From: Octopus sinensis
Lineage: Eukaryota
Assembly: GCF_006345805.1 (NCBI RefSeq)
Contig: NC_043008.1
Span: 12,586,001-12,650,000 of the forward strand
DNA: 64,000 bases
Direction: 5' to 3'
Below the pieces are notes generated by a model that searched no databases, was not told the DNA's origin, and saw nothing but the letters and a program-made list of their open reading frames with translations. A program made the translations under genes and the position numbers. This document shows positions 53,876 to 64,000 of this stretch, piece by piece (the first letter of the stretch is position 1; each line of letters starts with the position of its first letter).

Positions 53876-54625
53876 GATGGGTGGGTGGATGAAGAATTCT
53901 TGATGAAGATGAAGAAAGACACTACAGCATAACACTAACTTTTCTCTCATTCCATTAGGATTTAGAAAATAAAATAACAAATGACATTTTTTTTTTTTTG
54001 TTATTGTTTATTTCCAAGATCAACCTCTGATTTAGTGACTCTGTCAAACAAAGGCGTTCCAACTGTGACATTCCGGTAATTCTTTCAGACACTGGTTTAT
54101 CTTGATGTACGTAGTCTACTGCATTCCATCGATATCAATCAGGTGTGTTCCCTGTATCCAAAGGTTATCTGGAAGAATTCTCCCAGCTCCTTGCTACCGA
54201 TAGATAGATTGGTGTTTTCTTCACTATGTATATACACACACTCACACATGCACACGCACACACACACACACACACACACAATATATATACCGCTTTGTCG
54301 GGGAATCGAAACTACAATTTTCCGATCGGAAGTGCAATACACTAACCACTAGGCCACCACACTCCTACCTTCCCATTTTTGACTAAAAAAGATTGATGTT
54401 GCTTGTTGGTCAATGTGTCATGTAAAGTAACATCGACACAGAAAATTCGTAATTTTCGAGCAGTTTCTATGAGAGCAGAGACACCTTTTCAATTGATGAG
54501 AGATTTCGTTCAGGGCTAGAGAGGATTTTAGAGAAGAAAGTCTATTACGGTGTGAAAGGACACACGAAATTGTAATTCCATAGACGTTTGTCTCAACATA
54601 AGCAGAATAGAGAGATAAGAGAGAT

Positions 54626-54677
<52 letters not shown>

Positions 54678-54902
54678 ATGGAGAAATCGAGAGCGACACA
54701 GAGAGACAGAGAGACGAAAGACATTAACTATTGAAGTGTTAGGGTCGGTGATCAGCGTCTTATTTAATTTTTACAATTTAAAATATATATGATTTAGTAA
54801 GGGTTGGACAGGTTCCGAGAAAGGAGAGCAATTTAGAATCATAACTTAATAATTCTATAGTTAAGAGATGAGGAATTATGTACGTTATTTACATTATTTA
54901 CA

Positions 54903-55150
54903 TATGACGTAGTAGTTAAGAGCGCGGGCTACTAACCCCAAGATTCCGAGCTCGATTCCAGGCAGTGACCTGAATAATGATTATAATAATAATAATAATG
55001 ATAACTTCGAAAAATACCTTAGGAATGAGAACCTAGGTTCGAAATTTTCCCCCAAGACACCTGATGAAAGCTGGAGGGTATATCAACCGAAACGTCGTGT
55101 TAAAAACAAACAAGATGAGAACAAATATCCGTCAAGTGTAAATAATGTAT
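54903..55150 (+). mobile_element. Family H1 SINE, full length (tRNA head, (AAT)n, hammerhead tail)
   Basis: A-box-like TGACGTAGTAGTT, B-box-like GCTCGATTCC, (AAT)n, hammerhead motif at 55056-55101 (CTGATGA..GAAACGTC; stem II partly mismatched). Confidence 0.85.
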
Positions 55151-55324
55151 ATAACTTAAATTTAGTAGTGGAATTAATCTAGTATCGTTGGGTTTCGAGT
55201 AATAAGAAATTTCAAACTTTTCGGTTCGGATTACAGAGGGTTTGTTTTTAGTAAGCTAGGTAACAAATAGATTTTTAACGGAGAAAACTTTTGTCGTTGC
55301 CCAATCTAATATCGAATATATCAG

Positions 55325-55545
55325 TAACTAAAATATATTGCAGTACTTCTCAATAATTTTTCTAATGACAATAATATCGTCGGCATAGGTGTGAACTTCT
55401 TTGATATTATTGTCGATAATTGTTGTATTTATCATTGTTTGCAAAGCACTCCCAGCATCAGTCACACCAAAGCAAAGTCTTGTAGTCTGAAATGAAAGTC
55501 CAATTTGCTCGAATTGCGATGTAACGCTTATTGTCGCTTATTGTC
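55325..55545 (-). pseudogene. Ty3/Gypsy reverse transcriptase fragment
   Basis: DNKRYIAI..FQTTRLCFGVTDAGSALQTMIN..VHTYADDIIV; YADD at 55376-55387. Confidence 0.75.
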
Positions 55546-55546
55546 A

Positions 55547-56056
55547 TAGAATAAATAAAAATAATAAATGTGCCCTTTTAAAGCCTAGCCTGGCTCATAG
55601 GGCCGGTTTCCTGGTTTCAATGGCGTATGTGTTCCCCAGCCAGTCAATCGCAGCGTTACTCATTTTTGCCAGCTGAGTGAAATGAAGTGTTTTGCTGAAG
55701 AACACAACGCGTCGCCCGGTCCACGAATCGAAACCACAACCATACGATCATGATGCTGTCACCCTAACCACTAAGCCACGCGCCGCCACAGTGGAATAGA
55801 ATAAATAAAAATGATAAATACGCCCTTTTAAAGCCTAGCCAGGCTCATAGGCCCGGTTTCCCGGTTTATGTGTTCCCCAGCTGGACGGGACGCTAGTCCA
55901 TCGCAGCGTTACTCATTTTTGCCTGCTGAGTGAAATGAAGTATTCTGATCAAGAACTCAACGCGTCTACCGGTCCAGGAATCGAAACCACAATCTTACGA
56001 TCATGATGCTGACACCCTAACCACTAAGCCACGCGCATCAACAGTGGAATAGAATA
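55547..56056 (-). mobile_element. Tandem dimer of a tRNA-derived SINE (family F), ~250-bp unit
   Basis: Each unit has a GCGTGGCTTAGTGGTTAGGG..GGTTTCGATTC head on the minus strand; direct repeats start at 55547 and 55797. Confidence 0.85.
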
Positions 56057-56074
56057 TGATATTAAACTACGTTC

Positions 56075-56390
56075 CGATTTAGTTTGCTTAGAATCTGTAC
56101 GTGACCTGGGAAACCACATAAGTAACGATGCAACATTCTGTGTGCGTTTTACTAAGGTGATAGCAACATGCAGACAACTGGCTAATCGGATTCTGAGATC
56201 ACACAGAATAAGAAAAAAAGCGAAGGTTTTGTGGAGAACATCTGTTCTAGGGCGTCTGAAAATTGTTGCCAATTGTTGTCGTCACGCGGGGTGAACTTAA
56301 AAGAAGGGCTCGAATTAATCCAAAGTAGTTTAACAAACACGACTGCCTTAACAGAACGAAGTACGGAAGAAGGACTATGAAAGTGAATTA
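56075..56390 (+). pseudogene. CR1/L2-like LINE ORF2 fragment (post-RT region)
   Basis: ESVRDLGNHISNDATF..KVIATCRQLANRILRS..KVLWRTSVLGRL resembles the KDLGVxxxxDLxF..LWKSLVLSRLDY motif. Confidence 0.75.
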
Positions 56391-56399
56391 AAACAAACT

Positions 56400-57100
56400 A
56401 GGCGCAGGAGTGGCTGTGTGGTAAGTAGCTTGCTTACCAACCACATGGTTCCAGGTTCAGTCCCACTGCGTGGCATCTTGGGCAAGTGTCTTCTGCTATA
56501 GCCTCGGGCCGACTAATGCCTTGTGAATGGATTTGGTGGACGGAAACTGAAAGAAGCCCGTCGTATATATGTATATATATATATGTATATATGCGTGTGT
56601 GTGTGTTTGTGTTTGTCCCCCTAGCATTGCTTGACAACCGATGCTGGTGCGTTTATGTCCCCGTCACTTAGCGGTTCGGCAAAAGATACCGATAGAATAA
56701 GTACTGGGCTTACAAAAGAATAAGTCCCGGGGTCGAGTTGCTCGATTAAAGGCGGTGCTCTAGCATGGCCGCAGTCAAATGACTGAAACAAGTAAAAGAG
56801 TAAAGAGTAAAAGAGTAATAACACCAGTAATAACATGGTCACTGCCTGTTGCTGAAGCAATTAAACAAATCTGAGATCGTGTGATGCAACGAAAAGAACA
56901 GATGAGTGGATTTGGTAAACAGAAAGTGAACGAAGCCCCTCATGTGTGTGTGACCACTGCTTGACAACCGATGCTGCTGTGTCTACGTTTCCGTAACCTA
57001 GCGGCTCGGCTAAAGAGTTCGATAAAAAATGTACCAAGTTTTAAAAAGATAATTACTGGGTCTCGATTCATTTGAGTAAAAGTTCTTCAGGAAGGGGCCC
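56400..57100 (+). mobile_element. Family A SINE (56400-56820) plus a decayed relative (56900-57100)
   Basis: Full head, core and tail in the first copy. Confidence 0.85.
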
Positions 57101-57519
57101 CATGCCTTCGTCTGGTTGTTACGTGGTTGCACATGGAATCTTCGGTCTATCGTGCAGTTTGTAATACGTCGGACACTAAGCTGGAGTTTTGTTATTCAAA
57201 TGTGTCTGAGAATTGGACAATTCAACATAAATATCTAAAAATTTAGTTCTTCAACATGTCTACAGAGTGCTTCTAACTTATAAATTAGTATTAAAGCGAC
57301 GTGACCGAAGAAATTATTCTGTTTTTTATTGTATTTCATTGTGGAGAGACGTGTCCCTGAGTGCTCTCGGTAACCGGCAAAGAAATCGTTTTGTCCGTGC
57401 GAACAATCAGCTCCAGTATTTGAAGTGCAAGCGTGTTCGCTTTTATAGCAAATGGCTGGCTGCCAGTTGTCAACCAAAATATACAAAGGGGCACCTCAAT
57501 TGGATGTATCAATGATTTC

Positions 57520-57701
57520 AGTCGCACGGAACCAAATCAACTTGTTGTTTTAAAGAATATATATATATTATATAGTCTTTAAAGCAAGTCGATTTGGTTC
57601 CGTGCGACTTTAAGATTTGTAGGCGCCTAACGGGAGTCTGTGTCTTGCACGCTTTGAATTGCTTGAAGGTGTTTGGCTCCCGTTAGGGGCCTGCGAAACT
57701 T
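57520..57701. repeat. Two abutting ~90-bp foldback hairpins
   Basis: AGTCGCACGGAACCAAATC../..GATTTGGTTCCGTGCGACT (57520-57609) and AAGATTTGTAGGCGCCTAACGGGAGTC/GGCTCCCGTTAGGGGCCTGCGAAACTT (57612-57701). Confidence 0.8.
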
Positions 57702-57814
57702 GAAGCGACACGGAACCGAACCAAAATGTTGTTAATAATGCATGTATGCATGTATGTGTATATACATATATATAGTGAGAATTTACAAAAACAAAAAAAA
57801 AAAACAAAAACAAA

Positions 57815-57960
57815 AGACGAAGACGGGTGTGTAAACAACAAACAGATGTATTAGTTTTTAACACTTGGGAAGTGAGAAAGTCATTTACGCTTCGAGCCTA
57901 TGTTCCTCGACAGAAAGGAACACAGAAATAAACAGGGAGAGAAAATAGGAAAAGGTTTAA
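57815..57960 (-). mobile_element. Family H2 relative with decayed hammerhead-like motif
   Basis: CTTT-CTGTCGA-GGAACATAGGCTC-GAAG-CGTA; same context as 5411-5625. Confidence 0.6.
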
Positions 57961-57983
57961 TGATATATATATATATATATCTG

Positions 57984-58056
<73 letters not shown>

Positions 58057-58747
58057 ATATCTATATATATATATATATATGCATATCTATACTTGAACGT
58101 ATCTTTTACGTTTTATTGATTTCAGCCAGAAGCTAAGGCCATGCTGGACCACGACCTCTCAGCGTGTTTGAGTTTCTTTTCTGCATAGTTTCTGATTAAG
58201 TAACGGATTGGACGGTGCAGCTCTTCTTTTTTCCTCCTGTTGCGCGATGTGAGTTCATCTGGTGTCTCAGACCAAAAATCCATCAGACGCTCGTTGAAGA
58301 CCTCTACGTCTACCCCTCGCGAAACTCTGTGATTGTTTGGCAGAACGCGCAAACGAAGTAAAACAGTTTTTGTTGGACTCATTGCTTTCACAAAACATTA
58401 TCCTACAAACATTCACACATGCATAATCCTGGCACTCAAACGCACACACTCCAACATAAATCTTACTCTTTTTCTCGCATCTCTCCTTTTATTTTTACAC
58501 GCACAAATACTCTCCTACGCACATATACCGAAATATTTGGTAATAAGGAGATGATATCTGAAGACACGCATGCATGGATGCTGCATAATATCTGATATCA
58601 TAATAGTTACATAATTATAGATCTGATTTTGAGACTGTTTCTCTAAAACCAAGAACAGTGATGATTGCGCATCTCTGTCAATCCGTTTCCCACTATTTTT
58701 AAAAATAAATCTCTGCCCCTTTTATCCTTATGTATATATTAATATAT

Positions 58748-58779
<32 letters not shown>

Positions 58780-59069
58780 TACACACACACATATATATAT
58801 GTATAAATATAATGTATGTGTGTATATATATATACATTCATATAAATATGTATAAATATGTCTATATATATATATTATATATATATATATATATGTATAA
58901 TATATATGTGTATATATATGTGTATATATACATACATATATATGTATAAATATATATGTGTATATGTAGATATAGATATACATACATATATATATGTATA
59001 AATATATATGTGTGTGTATATATATATATACTTATATATATGTATAAATATATGTATGTATATACACAT

Positions 59070-59111
<42 letters not shown>

Positions 59112-59989
59112 TTATATACATACATACAAATATATATGAGTTCATATATACATGTGTATATATATATATATATACACACGCACATATATACGCATACATA
59201 CACACACAGATAAATTGTTGCATTGTATGTACGTGCGTGTGTTATTACACGCATAGATAATACATAGGTGCTCGCATGCCCTTGGGCGTACATATATTTC
59301 TCCTCGTGAATATGCGCGTGTTAGTATGCATGTTTGTATATTCAAACGATAGAAGCGTATTCTTTAGAATACTTATGCCTGACTGATTTATCACAGATAA
59401 AATACATATGCCCTGCAGGAATATCAAAACCGATGGTAATAGTTGCCTTAATCTATGACCTGGCAGCGGGATATGGAGGTGGTTAGGGACATTCATCATT
59501 TCTTCCATCAGGCAGACAATTATTAGCAGCCGAATAATAAAATCCTTTTCGAAACAAAATGAAAAAAGAAAGTACGTAACGTACGAGAAAGGGAATTCTG
59601 TTTTATAGAGATGTGTGTGAAATTGCCTCCGGGGTTCCATATAAAACAGCACAATGGCCCCGTAGAACCACTATCGTTGCAATTCAAAGAAGCGTTTCCT
59701 TTTCAATGCATCAAATATGAAAAGGCAAATCTTCGTGAAAAGATTATAAAAGGACATAAGTAAAACAGAGGACATTTATGGCTGCACTATGGTAATGATG
59801 ATGTTGCTGTCGATGTTGATTATTGTTATTATGATGATGATGATGTTATTGTTGATAGTGATGATGATGATGATGATGACGATAGTGTTGTTTTTGATGA
59901 TGTTATGATGGAGAGGAGATGATAAATTCTAATGATACTTCTAAAGTCTCAGTGGAAACTGATAATAATGATGTCAATGTCAAACTTTG

Positions 59990-60184
59990 GAGCAATGGCC
60001 AGCAATTTTGAGGGGAGGGGCATAAATCAATTTCGTCGACCCCCAGTGATCAACAGGTTCTTATTTCATTGGTACCGAAAAGATGAAAGGCAAAGACGAC
60101 CTCGGTGATATTTGAACCCAGAAACGTAAAGACAGTTGAAATGTCGCTAAGTATTTTGTCTGACTTTCTAACGATTCTGCCAGC

Positions 60185-60185
<1 letters not shown>
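59990..60185 (-). mobile_element. Family B-related SINE, diverged
   Basis: GATGAAAGGCAAAGACGACCTCGG..CTAACGATTCTGCCAGCT. Confidence 0.75.
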
Positions 60186-60227
<42 letters not shown>

Positions 60228-60237
60228 TGATGATGAT

Positions 60238-60293
<56 letters not shown>

Positions 60294-60363
60294 TGATGAT
60301 GATGATGATAATGATAATAATAATAATAATAATGATAATAATAATTATAATAATAATAACAAC

Positions 60364-60397
<34 letters not shown>

Positions 60398-60447
60398 TAA
60401 TAATAACAATAATAATAATATAACAATAATAATCACAATAACAAAAA

Positions 60448-60478
<31 letters not shown>

Positions 60479-60533
60479 GTAATATAATAATAATATAATA
60501 ATAATAATATAATAATAATAATAATAATAATAA

Positions 60534-60742
60534 ATGCCCTGATGCAGTACCAGGCAGTGGCTCTCATGGCTTCTGATCTTAACTGATTGGAAGTGTTATC
60601 ATGTGCATTGTTTTGTCTTGGTATAAAAGATGGGCTACAACAAATATTCTGCTCAATACCACAGATTTGCTTGTCAGTTGTTTGGCCTTAACCAGTTGGC
60701 CATGTCCCTTAATGCAAGCCACTGCCTGGTACTGTATCAAGG

Positions 60743-60745
<3 letters not shown>
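60534..60745 (+). mobile_element. Family T fragment closed by an inverted copy of its own end
   Basis: ATGCCCTGATGCAGTACCAGGCAGTGGCT (60534-60562) versus AGCCACTGCCTGGTACTGTATCAAGGCAT (60717-60745); (AAT)n on the left, (ATT)n on the right. Confidence 0.75.
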
Positions 60746-60830
<85 letters not shown>

Positions 60831-60837
60831 ATCATTA

Positions 60838-60869
<32 letters not shown>

Positions 60870-60901
60870 GTTATTATTATTATAATAATAATTATTGTTT
60901 G

Positions 60902-60937
<36 letters not shown>

Positions 60938-60943
60938 TTATTA

Positions 60944-60999
<56 letters not shown>

Positions 61000-61003
61000 G
61001 TTC

Positions 61004-61064
<61 letters not shown>

Positions 61065-61222
61065 AAAATAATGATAATAACATCGAAAAATACCTTAGGA
61101 ATGAGAACCCAGCTTCGAAATTTCCCCAAGACACCTGACGAAGGCTGGACGGTATATCAGCCGAAACGTTGTGTTAAAAACAAACTTGATGAAAAAAAAT
61201 ATCCGTCAAATGTAAATAATGA
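61065..61222 (+). mobile_element. Family H1 tail, headless
   Basis: AACATCGAAAAATACCTTAGGAATGAGAACC..CCGTCAAATGTAAATAATG. Confidence 0.85.
61130..61175 (+). ncRNA. Minimal type I hammerhead ribozyme motif, best preserved copy
   Basis: GACAC-CTGACGA-A-GGCTG(GACGGTATAT)CAGCC-GAAA-CGTT-GTGTT; perfect 5-bp stem II. Confidence 0.75.
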
Positions 61223-61662
61223 ACTTTAGGAAGGTTTTATATAAGTTCTGTTTATTATCAACGAATCTCTGATCGTCTCATGCTTCATTCAAATCTTGGT
61301 CGATGGAAGAGAACATCACTGCACCATTCTTCACCCTGTGTTCTTTCGTTTCGTAAACACACAAGCGCAGGCGTACACACCAGAATTTACACACACACAC
61401 ACATGGACAAGCACTTATGACTTAATATAGCATTTGTAGACCACAGTTTGATACATTTTTCTATTGTGAAGTTTGCCGAAGTCTTCCTATTCTAGAATAA
61501 CATTGAAAAAAAAACAATAAAAAAATGAATACATTCATATTCATCTCAACTCCCACACGTAGCCACACATGTATGTATGTGTATATACATATATACATAC
61601 ACACACACATACATATATGTCTACATACATACGTATATATATCTACATATATATATATGCAC

Positions 61663-61715
<53 letters not shown>

Positions 61716-61956
61716 TATCATGCATTTATATACATACACACACACACACCACAGATTATATATTATGTTATTTATAAATATACACACACATATATATATA
61801 TATATGTATATATAAATATACCACACATATATATATGAATATATACATCATATACATATATATATAAATATATATATATATATATGTGTATGTATGTATG
61901 TATGTATCTATCAATCGATCGATCGATCGATCTACCTATCTATTTATGTCTGTGTG

Positions 61957-62042
<86 letters not shown>

Positions 62043-62913
62043 ATATATCTATCTATCTGGTTTCTAAGTTGAGGACTAAAAATACACGCAAAACAAAAAC
62101 AAAAACAAAAAAAAACAAAACAGATTTTTAGTATTATTTAACCGACAGTCGCTATGAGCTGCAATGAAACGAAATCAAAGGAAGCGAAATCAATTGAAAT
62201 ACGATAAAATAAATAAACAAACACACAAACAAATAAATAAACATATAAATAAGTAAATAAGCGAATGAATAAATAAATAAATTTTTAACCGCATAAACAA
62301 ATAAATAAATTGTTGAAGTTCAAGGAATATTCAAAGCAGAAAGAGAATAAAAAAGGAATTATAGTATTTTTTCAAAGCAGAATTTATTTATAGCTAGAGT
62401 TAGTATTTTGCTGTAGGCCATACTCTCTTTCTTCATTATGGAACCGTTATCCCACACCGCATCACCTTGTTATATCGTGCTTAATGGTAAAACTTTTATT
62501 CATGTCCTCCGTTTCTTCGTAATGGTTACAGACCCCTGTTGAAAATTTCAATCACGAAAAACTAAATTTAATTTTCTCTTCTCTGAAAATTGCAGACAGC
62601 TGTCTTAGAATTATTATTGCTATCGTTGTTGTTGTTGTTGTTATTTTTATTATTATTATTATTACTATTTTAGATTTGCGTTGGAAGCGATAACAATGTA
62701 TGTATTCGTTGTCATTGACATATTAACATTCGTTGGTCTGTCTACTTGCATAGCGATGCTATATACTGCCTATAGAATATAAAAATATACCAACACATAT
62801 ATGCATGTTGTATATCACACATACACATATCTCTATGTATGTAAGTATTTATATATATATAAATATCTCTCTCTCTCTCAATATGTATATACATAAATAT
62901 ATATATATATATG

Positions 62914-62963
<50 letters not shown>

Positions 62964-63309
62964 TTTTAAATATGCATGCATATGTATAAAATATATATTT
63001 TATACACATAAAGCGCGTATTAGTAACACTAAAAATTGAATTTAGCATAGTTGATCTACTGTTCGCACACAGACATAAATGTGTCGTATTATTCTCTTCG
63101 CACAGAGAAGATTAACTAGACTTATTTCACTGCTGGTTGGCTGCTCTTCAGCGTATAAACACTCCTCTCTCTTCTGCCCACGAAGAAAAAAGAAACGTGG
63201 TAGTAATCGCTATTTAAATCAGAAGCACACAAGAACCCAAGCGGAAATGGTTAAACTAATTTACATATCACGCATTAGTTAGTGGCATGATTAAATACAT
63301 CATCTCTCT

Positions 63310-63800
63310 TTACTGTTTTACTCTTTTACTTGTTTCTGTCATTTGACTGCGGCCATGCTGGAGCACCGCCTTTAATCGAGCAACTCGACCCCGGGACTTA
63401 TTCTTTGTAAGCCCAGTACTTATTCTATCGGTCTCTTTTGCCGAACCGCTAAGTGACGGGGACATACACACACCTGCATCGGTTGTCAAACAATGCTAGG
63501 GGGACAAACACAGACACACAAACATACATGGGAAACCTTGTAATTATTCTATTAGTCACTTCTGCAGAATCGCTATGTTACGGTGACTGAAATACACGAT
63601 CACCATTTGTAAAGCGGTGGTGGTAGACACACACACACGACGAGCTTCGTTCAGTTGACGTCTACCAAATCTACTCAGAAGGCTTTGGTCGGTCCAAGGT
63701 TGTGGTAGAAGACACCTGCCCCATGTGCTACGCAGGGGGACTGAACACGTGATCATGGGGATGGTAAGCAAACTTCTTACCACACAGCTACGCCTGTGCA
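63310..63800 (-). mobile_element. Family A SINE tail (63310-63520) and diverged head/core (63600-63800)
   Basis: Reverse complement is colinear with 56400-56820. Confidence 0.8.
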
Positions 63801-64000
63801 CATGTAGAGGAACACAAGCAACACATGGCAATTGTATTAATACGAAATTAATATCAATTTGCGATCAATTAATATTGAAATCTTCTTAGACAATATTGTC
63901 TTAATTAGATGAGGTTAGGAAACGTGTCTTGCATTAACGTGGTTCGATCGCACTGCGCGGCACCTTGGACAAGTGTTTTCTATCAGTGTGTGCCTCTCTA

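Overview
Strongly AT-rich, microsatellite-saturated eukaryotic genomic DNA. The SINE repertoire and texture look like Octopus (inference from recalled repeat families, not a database result). Nearly all ORFs in the supplied track are translations of (TA)n, (CA)n, (AAT)n or (CAT)n repeats or of SINEs. Supported content: (1) dozens of SINE copies from at least five families, including head-to-tail concatemers of a Nin/Deu-domain SINE; (2) decayed coding fragments of Penelope-like elements (RT and GIY-YIG), an R4/Dong-type LINE sitting in (TAA)n, a CR1/L2-like LINE, a Gypsy RT and two Tc1/mariner elements; (3) a structurally complete non-autonomous Helitron and TTAA-flanked piggyBac-like MITEs; (4) one convincing plus-strand exon (28828-28994) encoding a GPI-signal-like C-terminus, followed by a ~14 kb SINE-poor stretch that may be a long 3' UTR; (5) a tentative minus-strand gene for a small secreted protein starting at 48942. 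The most interesting signal is two repeat families carrying minimal type I hammerhead ribozyme motifs. One is a tRNA-headed SINE with an (AAT)n spacer and a hammerhead tail; the other has a shared A6U core variant. They lie alongside remnants of autonomous Penelope-like elements that could mobilise them. No rRNA, true tRNA gene or CRISPR array was found. All gene models are sequence-only and need RNA evidence.
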